Shown in pieces: positions 48,901 through 57,200 of a DNA stretch of 64,000 nucleotides. Positions within the stretch are counted from its first letter, which is position 1. Each line of letters opens with the position of its first letter. Below the pieces are notes generated by a model that saw nothing but the letters and a program-made list of their open reading frames with translations, had not been told where the DNA came from and did not search any database. Source of the stretch: Bdellovibrionia bacterium. GTDB lineage: Bacteria; Bdellovibrionota; Bdellovibrionia; Bdellovibrionales; JAGQZY01. The stretch spans positions 679 to 64,678 of the forward strand of contig JAUHWN010000004.1 in the NCBI GenBank assembly GCA_030424665.1, written 5' to 3'. The position numbers were made by a program, and so were the translations under genes.

Positions 48901-51039
48901 GATAGCATTTTAAGGGTCGAAGATACCACCCACCCTGTTTTTAGAAGAGAACGCACGACGAATGGTACGTCCACTGCAGCAGCTTTACGTTTGGAGCGAA
49001 CCTATGAAGGTGGTGTCGGTGGTGTCGGTATGGGGGTTCACCAAGACTTCTATGTCGAAACGGCAACCGAAGGTGTGATGGAACCGATTGCACAAATCGG
49101 AGCGCGTACCACCGTGCCAACAGCAGGTGATATTCATTCGGACCTTTTCTTTAGGACCTTTTTTGAGGGCGGCTCAAACGAAGCCATGATTATTAAAAGT
49201 ACTGGGGCCGTCGGTGTTGGTGTCGATCCGACTGAGTCCTTTCATATGAAGTTTGATACTAACTCCAGTGTTTCTAATAAAGCTGAGAACAAAGGAACGG
49301 GCGGAAACTCTGTAGCCCAGTTTTGGGCAGAGGGGGGAGCGACGGCCAATGATTGGATTAAGATGGGTGTTGGTAACTCTGGATCCGCGTGGCCCAACAA
49401 AGCCTACATTGAAGCAGGAAATACGGTTGATGATTTAACCATTAGTGCACCCGATGTCATTTTTGATACGACAGGCGCAGCAACTATGACCTTAAATGGT
49501 TCTGGTAATTTACAAGTGCACACCGAAAATGAAATTCGCTTCGAAGATAATACTGGAGGTGAATATGTTGGCTTTAAAGCCCCGGCCACAGTAACTGGAT
49601 CACAAACCTATACCTTGCCACCTGCGGATGGTTCCAGTGGCCAGGTGCTCACCACCAATGGTTCGGGGGTACTAACGTGGTCTTCTGCCGGTGGTGGAAG
49701 TGGTGACCTCATGTCAGATGGGTCTGTTGTAATGACCGATCAATTTTTTGGAGTTGTTGGAAATGCCGGCGCGCCTTCTTATACATTTGACGGTGACCCT
49801 GACACGGGTGTCTTTAAGGCTGCGGATGATGTTGTGGCAGTTAGTACAGGCGGAGCTGAAGCGATTCGCATAGATAGCGGTGGTAATCTCGGTGTTGGAA
49901 CAACGTCACCAGATGCAATCCTTCATGTGGAACCTTCAGCTGCTGCAACCAGTACTAAAGGTAAAGGGATTAAGCTATTCGCACAGGATTCGACGGGTCC
50001 TACTTCGAATACCGGTGGAAGTATACTTCTAGAGGTTGGTGACGGCGCTGGTGGGTTTGGTTCTGGGAATTTTTCGGCTGATGTTAAAAACGGGATGTTC
50101 TTTGTTTCTAAAGGGAGCAATACTAATTACACACCTGGTTCTGCCCCTGATCATCATCTCTACTTAGACAATAGTTGGTTCTTAGACTCGAATTCAGTTT
50201 TTATTACCCATAATGTGCGGAACACAGCCAATGATCAGTATTTCTTCACAGGAGCCTTCTCGAATTCTGGAGCGGGTAACTACTCACCCTCATACGCTTG
50301 GGTTCAGCAAACTGGAGCCTCAACCTATGCCGAGCGCATGCGTATCGATGGTTCAGGGCAACTTGGAATTGGAACGACCTCACCTGAATCCCTCGTCCAC
50401 ATTGATGGTTCAGGTGCGGGAAAAGGTCTTTGTGTCACTAGTGATGATACCTGTGGATCAGTTCCAGCGGGAGGAGAAATTTCGGCTGAAACGACTCTTA
50501 ATACTGGTGCCGATTATGCGGAATACTTTGCGGCTGAAGTAAATGATCTCGAACCTGGAGATTTGGTGGGTCTGAACCCTAAAAACGGATTAGTACGAGC
50601 CTACCAAAAAGGCGATGCTCTTTTGGGGGTTATTTCTACGAACCCAGGTGTGATCGGTAATTCTGAACTTCGCGGAAAAGAAAACGTGGCCCTTGTTGGT
50701 TTAGTCGGGCAACTTCCTGTGAAGTCGGATCAGGTTTATTATTACAACGGCTTTGCTTACGCTAATGACGGATCGCCTGTCGGCTTCGCACTTGCAGACG
50801 GCAGTATCTACATTAATATTTCTTCAGCGGACATCATACAAAACACTGAGATTGCCAAACTTAAAAATCGCCTTGATGAAAAAGACAAACAACTCCGTGG
50901 AATCGCCAGCGTAGTCGGCGAAAAAGAAGAGCGTATTAAAGCTCTTGAGAACAAAAACTCAGAGCTTCAGTCTAAATATGAGTCGCTAGAAGATAAACTA
51001 GAACGCCTTGAAAAAATCGTCGATCAACTAACTCAGTAA
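42958..51039 (+). CDS. Giant mosaic trimeric fibre adhesin (Bdellovibrio MAT-like) 1 with Peptidase_G2-like C-terminal chaperone
   Basis: Signal peptide; YNGRILRPD..PL...GCVLYEE N-domain; repeated GDFESDGSVAMTG, GQVLSTNGSGVLSW and GNVGIG modules; ADYAEYF...LGVIS...VGLVGQLPV; terminal coiled coil. Confidence 0.85.
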   Translation: MNQYLKAFLSFTFIFVLALELNADPLYFNYNGRILRPDDTPLNAASVDFTVQIISTTDGCVLYEETHNLDMSTSAGVFNLKVGSGARAGTDYEDTSTLDQAFDNGLGNITGLTCDSGTAYDAAPGDARAIRLTINEGTGVIQFSENINMASVPYARYATKLEGMGAGDFLAVDGVNNIDQTNLQNVFGGGNYTELMNLINGTSAQYADPAGANFTPTAPVDFNNQALQNLADPANATDAATKNYSDSYIGGAAADSASLSVLAGGADIGKVLTWNGTTWVANNVTATDATKLPLAGGTMTGDIDMGGNDILNSGFITMSANTYLHLGTYAADPSGLTAGHEGVTWYNSTSDELKIWDGAAAQVIGGFDIGTAAGDAMGADAVPNCLATEKLQMSAGPVYTWSCVTDATGGDFESDGSVAMTGNIRLNGNYLSGDGDSEGVFVGNTGRVNIGGATTFEHQLNIESNDVTLYTPTSGAVRSPLPDGIGLEIKNTGNSTGTGAFLSLSSDNNIGLSSQTFLGNISDPSNYDSTFVIGASTGNASYEERMRIDVNGNVGIGLDGANNPSISTGAKLDVEGRIVSGPAGTATGETGAIRLEELAANGTNYVSLRAPDSVATDVVWTLPGTDGTNGQVLSTNGSGVLSWQDSGVGDILNNGNSGAVVIGSNDNSLSLEANNNVAIQIQANGDIAFDTDTLFIDEDVNRLGLRNTSPDEEIHLGDGTQSVSIKVDASSAGIHDALILENTSGGTNRGPAIQYIDSGGSAGRISVSRGPNNSVSQMVFETRSSSTVAERMRIDTSGNLGVGTTTPEDRLDVAGSIRSAARGNTAGEGGQIRLEELATSPDGGADGVPEFVGFRAPDSVASDLIWTLPGTDGTNGQVLSTNGSGVLSWASAGTGDFESDGSVPMAGNIQLNGNYLSGDGGNEGVFVDGAGNVGIGISLPLAKFHINGGTGSLSTGVAFGDGDTGIFENSDDYLRYIGTAHMFDGQLRLDNGTAAAPVIVGTENSSGLYFESGGGNGKVMISTEGTERLRVDHLGNVGIGTNAPTNILDVNPAAAPASVAGRGVRIKSQDASSNSAGGNLLVTSGQGEGSGGAGGDIELRSGNAGSGSTGNGGKMTIRSGSAQGTGNGGNIDLVAGNGTGGAATGNGGNINITAGNSASSGSGGPGDISLTAGNASAGSTDQDGGDITLSGGLNNGGNDGNILLNPNSGNVGIGTISPSSKLEINGDLAIIGIAAPAVSSTGQGRIYFDSASSKFRVSENGGGYVDLVSGGTGDFESDGSVAMTGRLTLADGSQATPSMAFSSDNQLGFYYGGTNVIGITDGGTQFATISPTNGLVINSGPMVRTDGYRFHTDTDTGITNPADNTLGLVTGGNQILTVDPSFQVGINNNNPSFNLDVTGDMRVLASGGSATGTYEAYSSSSTDGAVVNFYRANGASGAPAAVSNGDLLGGINIGGYAPSGSFQTSVQILSSVNGAPSGTNIPSDLTFALNDGSGMQYPVLMTADNLMVTTGKDLVLADDDNSAWTGFRAPSVVTTSVIYTLPPADGSNGQVLSTNGSGVLSWQAGGSGDFQSDGSVAMTGQFDAVLGNQGSPGISFGTDANTGLFSPAADNVAITTGGNERMRIASDGSVGIGESSPNFSLDVSSASSSSLMRVRSTDAFGWSSITYAASDGGTVGWVGYGNPSATSQANQMYMEANGARSIGLYTNSTERIHIASDGKVGIGTSSPDGTLHVEGTDANRPVFKTSGSSGSDYGIEIQGARNGTIDHSISYINLRNDRGGGAYDLAQISGAMQSGATNQSKLRFSTNDGSSLNVQMVIDKDGNVGLGNEAPVEKLEVEGRVVSGPAGTGAGETGSIRFKELAAGGSNYVGLRAPDAVTSDIVWTLPAADGSSGQILSTNGSGVLSWTAAGSGDFESDGSVAMTGQFDAVLGNQGNPGISFGTDANTGLFSPAADTVAITTGGSEKMRIASDGKVGIGVNSTDSILRVEDTTHPVFRRERTTNGTSTAAALRLERTYEGGVGGVGMGVHQDFYVETATEGVMEPIAQIGARTTVPTAGDIHSDLFFRTFFEGGSNEAMIIKSTGAVGVGVDPTESFHMKFDTNSSVSNKAENKGTGGNSVAQFWAEGGATANDWIKMGVGNSGSAWPNKAYIEAGNTVDDLTISAPDVIFDTTGAATMTLNGSGNLQVHTENEIRFEDNTGGEYVGFKAPATVTGSQTYTLPPADGSSGQVLTTNGSGVLTWSSAGGGSGDLMSDGSVVMTDQFFGVVGNAGAPSYTFDGDPDTGVFKAADDVVAVSTGGAEAIRIDSGGNLGVGTTSPDAILHVEPSAAATSTKGKGIKLFAQDSTGPTSNTGGSILLEVGDGAGGFGSGNFSADVKNGMFFVSKGSNTNYTPGSAPDHHLYLDNSWFLDSNSVFITHNVRNTANDQYFFTGAFSNSGAGNYSPSYAWVQQTGASTYAERMRIDGSGQLGIGTTSPESLVHIDGSGAGKGLCVTSDDTCGSVPAGGEISAETTLNTGADYAEYFAAEVNDLEPGDLVGLNPKNGLVRAYQKGDALLGVISTNPGVIGNSELRGKENVALVGLVGQLPVKSDQVYYYNGFAYANDGSPVGFALADGSIYINISSADIIQNTEIAKLKNRLDEKDKQLRGIASVVGEKEERIKALENKNSELQSKYESLEDKLERLEKIVDQLTQ

Positions 51040-51170
51040 TATTCTTTGTCACTGTAGACCTTTATATCCCTACTTACACCTAAGATTTTTGAAGATTTCA
51101 AATCCTCAGATAGCGAATTCTCTTTTGTCTCTTTTGAAGGCGATTTGTCGCAGAAAATTGCTGTTTTACA

Positions 51171-51220
51171 TTGAGAAAACCGTGCCATTGGCTAGAGGTC
51201 TAAACGTCCTGAACCGATAA
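51171..51220 (+). promoter_or_regulatory. Putative sigma28-type promoter plus upstream TTGAGAAAAC box (fibre gene 2)
   Basis: TTGAGAAAAC at 51171, N12, TAGAGGTC at 51193, N12, ACCGATAA at 51213; same geometry as fibre gene 1. Confidence 0.55.
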
Positions 51221-51238
51221 GACTATGTTGGTCGTAGG

Positions 51239-54200
51239 ATGATGAGGATAAATATCAAAGGGCTTATTTTATTAATCTTTTCTAGTTTGCTGGCCTTGCC
51301 TGCCCAGGCAGACCCATTGTATTTCAATTACAATGGTCGTATCCTGCGTCCGGATGATACTCCGCTCAACGCGGCTAGCGTCGACTTTACCGTACAAATT
51401 ATTTCAACAACCGATGGTTGTGTTCTATACGAAGAAAATCACAATCTCGACATGTCGACCTCTGCCGGAGTTTTCAACTTAAAAGTGGGCTCGGGTGCGA
51501 GAGCTGGATCGGACTACGAAGATACTTCGACACTCGATCAAGCCTTTGATAATGGGTTAGGAAATGTTACGGGCCTCACGTGTGATTCGGGAACAGCTTA
51601 TGATGCTGCTCCCGGTGATGCCCGCGCCATTCGTTTGACGATTAACGAAGGCACTGGCGTTATTCAGTTTTCAGAAAATATTAACATGGCTTCGGTACCC
51701 TACGCCCGTTACGCTACGAAGCTTGAAGGTATGGGGGCCGGTGACTTCCTTGCGGTCGATGGTGTTAACAATATCGATCAAACCAACTTACAAAACGTAT
51801 TTGGTGGCGGTAACTACACTGAACTCATGAATTTAATTAATGGTACGAGTGCCCAATACGCAGACCCGGCTGGGGCCAACTTCACTCCGACAGCTCCTGT
51901 GGACTTTAATAACCAAGCCTTACAAAACTTGGCCGAACCGACTGACGCGACAGACGCTGCCACAAAAAATTACTCTGATACCTACATCGGGGGAGCGGCA
52001 GCGGATTCGGCGAGCCTTTCGGTATTAGCCGGTGGGGCTGATATCGGAAAAGTTCTTACTTGGAATGGAACCACTTGGGTTGCCAATGCTCCAACAACCA
52101 CAGATGCCACAAAACTCCCTTTAGCCGGCGGAACTATGACGGGCGATATCGACATGGGTGGAAATGATATTCTAAATACTGGTTTTATAACCATGTCGGC
52201 CAATACTTACTTACACCTTGGGACCTATGCTGGTGACCCTGGAGCAAGCTTCGGTCCCGTTCATGAAGGTGTCACGTGGTATGACACTATAGCTAATCAG
52301 CTTAAGATTTGGGATGGTGCTGCCGCCCAAGTGATTGGTGGTTTTGACATTGGTACTGCGGCAGGAGATGCCATGGGTGCCGATGCGGTTCCGAACTGTT
52401 TGGCCACGGAGAAACTGCAAATGAGTGCCGGTCCCGTTTATGCCTGGTCTTGTGTGACCGATGCCACCGGCGGTGACTTCGAGTCTGACGGAAGTGTTGC
52501 GATGACTGGTAATATTCGACTTAACGGAAATTACCTCAGTGGTGATGGCGATAGTGAAGGTGTTTTTGTCGACGCCGCTGGAAATGTTGGGGTTGGTTCT
52601 TCATCACCACAGGCGAATTTACATATTCGTAATAATGATACGTCTCATGCTCTCAGAATAAGTCGCGCCAGTGATGCTGCCGATTCCGCTCATCTAGGTT
52701 TTGTGCCAACTGTGACGTCGAGTTTAACACCAATTTGGAATGTGGGACTTGTTGAGGCGAATTCCGATAATTTTCACATTTCGACCTGGAATGGTGTGAG
52801 TGCAAATTCAAGGGTCGTTCTAACTCCTTCGGGTGCTTTAGGAATAGGAGACTTGGCGCCGAGCCAAAGGCTTGAAGTATCAGGTCGAATTGTTTCAGGT
52901 CCCGCAGGAACTGCCTCGGGTGAGGCCGGTACGATTCGCTTCGAGGAACTCGCTGCTAATGGCACAAACTATGTGTCTTTGAGAGCTCCTGATTCTTTGG
53001 CAGGCGATGTTGTTTGGACCTTACCAGGTACCGACGGCACGAATGGACAAGTCTTACAGACGAACGGCAGTGGTGTTTTGAGTTGGACAACCCCAGCTAC
53101 CGGTACGGGTGACTTTGAATCTGACGGTTCTGTAGCGATGACCGGTCAGTTCCAAGCTAACTCTGGCTCTGTCAGTGCGCCTGGGATAACTTTCGACGGC
53201 GATGAGGATACAGGGTTTTACAGACCTCTAAGTGGAGTTGTTAGTTACTCCAGCAACGGAAGTGAAGTATTTGGTTTTGGCATTGGTACTATTGACATTG
53301 CATTTATTGGAACTGCTAATCTAGAAGCTCAGGATAATTTTGAAATTGAAATTGATGGTAATAATTCCGGGAGTGGGAATTTCGATATTACACATGATTC
53401 TACAAATCTCTTAAGAGTTACTGATTTAGGCAACGTTGGAATTGGTCAAACAGTTCCCTCTGAAAAGCTCGATGTTGAAGGTTCCATTGTATCTGGCCCG
53501 AAAGGCACAGCTTCAGGCGAAGGCGGAGCCATTATTTTTGAAGAACTCGCAGCTAATGGAACAAACTATGTGTCTTTGAGAGCTCCTGATTCTTTGGCAG
53601 GCGATGTTGTTTGGACACTTCCTGCAAGTGACGGGACATCTGGTCAAGTTCTATCAACTAATGGTACAGGTCAGCTGGGCTGGTCGAGCCTTGGTGGTGG
53701 TGGTGATTTTGAATCTGACGGTTCAGTTGCAATGACAGGGCAAATTGATGCCATACTTGGTAACCAAGGAAACCCTGGAATAAGTTTTGGAACTGACGCT
53801 GATACGGGGTTCTTTAGCCCAGGTGCCGACAATGTGGCGATCACTACCGGTGGTACCGAGCGTGTTCGGGTTACGAGCGTTGGCCGAGTGGGTATTGGAG
53901 TTGATCCGAGTTCGATTCTTCACATTGAAGGGACGAATCCCGATTTGCAGATCAATGGTAACGTAGATGACACGAACATTAGCATCAGTATGATCGGGTA
54001 TAACACTGGAGCTTATAATCACGGGTTTGAGATGACTCACAATGATGACTCTGATAACTCCTTCCAGCTCAATCGAATTCAAGCGGGTACACCAAAAACG
54101 GTACTTCATGCCGAACGGGATACGGCTCAACTTGGTGTATTTAATACGAGCCCCATTGGAGCCGTACATATCACAGATGAGAATAATAGAGATTTTTATT

Positions 54201-57200
54201 TCGATGGTCACAACGATACTTTCAATCAAGGCCCAGACTTAATTTTACGTCGAAGTCGTGGAGATACGAGTGCGTTAACACCTGTCATGAACACGGATAA
54301 AGTAGGTGCGCTTATGTTCCATGCCTACGATACCACGAGTACTTACAGAGGTGCTGCCGGTATTCAGGCGACGGCGACGGCCGATACTGGAGTAAACCGC
54401 GCACCAACTAAATTAGAATTTATCACTCGCGAAGTTGGATCGACCACAACTAAAACACAAATGGAACTCGGTGACGACGGTAATCTTAATATGCTCGATC
54501 ACAATCGAGTTCGATTTTACGATACTGGGACTAGCGAGTATGTCTCTCTCGTTGCTCCATCTGATGTGACCGCTGACACCAATCTCACATTACCAAATGG
54601 TCCGGGTACCAATGGTCAAGTTTTAACAACCGACGGTACAGGAGTCATGTCTTGGACAACTCCGGCTTCAGGTGGAGACTTTGAATCTGATGGTAGTGTG
54701 GCAATGACAGGCCAACTCGATGCGACTCTTGGTAACCAAGGTAACCCCGCAATTAGCTTCGGCACTGATGCCAATACTGGTTTTTTTAGTCCCGGTGCAG
54801 ACACTATTGCGTTTACAACCGGTGGATCTGAACAGATGCGTTTGACTTCATCGGGAGAACTTGGAATTGGAGGAACGCCGACCACCGGGAGCCTCGTGCA
54901 TGCTCAGGGGAGTAGTGCCAATGCTCTCAGTATGACCATTGAAAACCAGGGGACTGGTGCAAATTCTTATGCTTCTGTTTGGGTTCAAGCTGAGGGCGGC
55001 GGCGGAAATAATTATGTCGAATTGGGGACTGGTGGAACGGGCTCTGGTTCGGCCCAACAGGCCTACCTAGCAACGGGTAGTGGCGTTACCAGTTTAAGTC
55101 TTGGTGCGAACTTACATATTTTTGGCAACTTGAGTGGAACTCCACACCTTACCATCGAGCCATCCGGTAATCTTCACATGAGTAGCGAAAACGAAATTCG
55201 TTTCGAAGATGGCGATGGTGGTGAATACGTCGGTTTTAAAGCACCCAATATTGTGACGGGGTCACAAACCTGGACACTTCCGCCATCCGACGGTACCAGC
55301 GGCCAAGTTCTTTCGACCGATGGTAATGGAGTATTATCTTGGCAGTCCACGAGTGCAGGTGATTTTTTAGCAAATGGTTCAGTGTCAATGACGGGGAATA
55401 TTCGATTAAACGGAAACTACCTCAGTAACGATGGTGGAAGTGAAGGTGTCTTTGTCGATACTGATGGCAATGTTGCAATCGGCAATGGGGCCCCCGATTC
55501 AAAACTTCATGTCTTCAGCGGTCACACGGTAAATGGTGTAGGGGATTTAATTTTAGAAAATAACAACTGGTCTTACGATATGGGAGTTCGGTTCCGTCAA
55601 GCCGACAATGATAAATGGCATTTTGGCTTTAGCGGTAATGACACTGAAGACCTGCATATTAGAAATAATTCTGGCGGTTACTTTCAGACTTGGGATTACT
55701 CCACTGGCAATGTCGGTATAGGGACTTCCGCTCCTGAAGAAGAGCTCCATGTAGAAGGAACCGATACGACGGTTGCGGTTAAAGTGACAAATACCGATTC
55801 TTCCGTGGCGAGATATCCAGGTTTCATTGTCGATCATCATAAGGGTGCAACGATTCTTGGGGCCCCAACGTTTGCTGGTCGAACCAGTCGGGGAACAAAA
55901 TCTTTACCGACAGAAACCCAAACTGGTGATGTTCTAGCAAGTTTTGTGGGGCTTGGCGCTTATAATACTACTCCGAACTGGCATACGGGTGGTGGAATGG
56001 AAGTGATTGCGATTGAAAACTTTAATGCCACGGATCGTGGAACGGGTTTGCGTTTTAGTGTGACTCCTAGTGGTACTACTTCATCTGAAAATGCGGTTCT
56101 AATTACTGAAGCAGGAGATATAAATTTACTCACAGAAAATGAAATACGTATGCAAGATGCAGCCGGTGGTCAGTATGTAGGATTCAAAGCACCTACCACG
56201 GTCACATCAAGTCAAACCTATACTCTACCAGCGGCTGATGGTACCAGCGGTCAAGTTCTTTCGACCAATGGTTCAGGTGTTCTTTCGTGGACGGCTTCTA
56301 GCGGTGGGAGCGGTGATATTAATAATGGCGGTAACTCTTTCGGTGCTACGATGACGATTGGTACGAACGATGCCAATGAATTAGAATTTGAAAGTAATAA
56401 TTCGACAACGATGATTATGGACTCTGTATTTTTATACGGCGGAGGTGGAACTGGTGCGCCTTCGATTAGCATGGGTGCACCTGGGGGTGCGGCCCAGCCT
56501 TCGTTTGCCTTTTTTGGTGATGATGACACGGGTATGTATCGATCGGCCGCCGATGAAATTTCTTTTGCTACTGGCGCGACCGAAAGAATGACTCTAGATA
56601 GTACCGGACGGCTCGGTATTGGTGTCGATCCAACAGAAGAGCTTCACGTTAGAAAAGATCAAAATGCAACGACAACTTTTAGAGTTGATAACTTTACTGC
56701 GGGAGCCAATGCTGATTCGCAAATGATTTTAGGTACGAGCTCAGCGACCCTTTCAATTACTCAAATTAGCTCGAGTAGCACTGGAACTGGAGCCAGCTCT
56801 CCAAACTCTTCATTGATTGATGGCTTTGGTACTAATGGATTAGCTCTCGCGGGAAGTAATGGGGTTTCTGGTTCTATTAGTTTTTTCACCGATGGAATTG
56901 CTGAAGCAAATAGACGTATGACCATTGATAATACGGGACATACAAATATTTTAGCCGAAAAAGAACTTCGCTTACAAGATGCATCGGGCGGTGAGTACGT
57001 CGGTTTCAAAGCACCAGCTACAGTAACGGGGACTCAGACCTACACGTTGCCGGCGGCCGATGGTACCAGCGGACAAGTTCTTTCGACCAATGGTTCGGGT
57101 GTTCTTTCGTGGACAGCGGCCGGCGGGGGAAGTGGTGATTTTCTCGCAGATGGTTCGATTCCAATGACAGGTCAATTCACAGCTGATTTCGGTACAGCGG

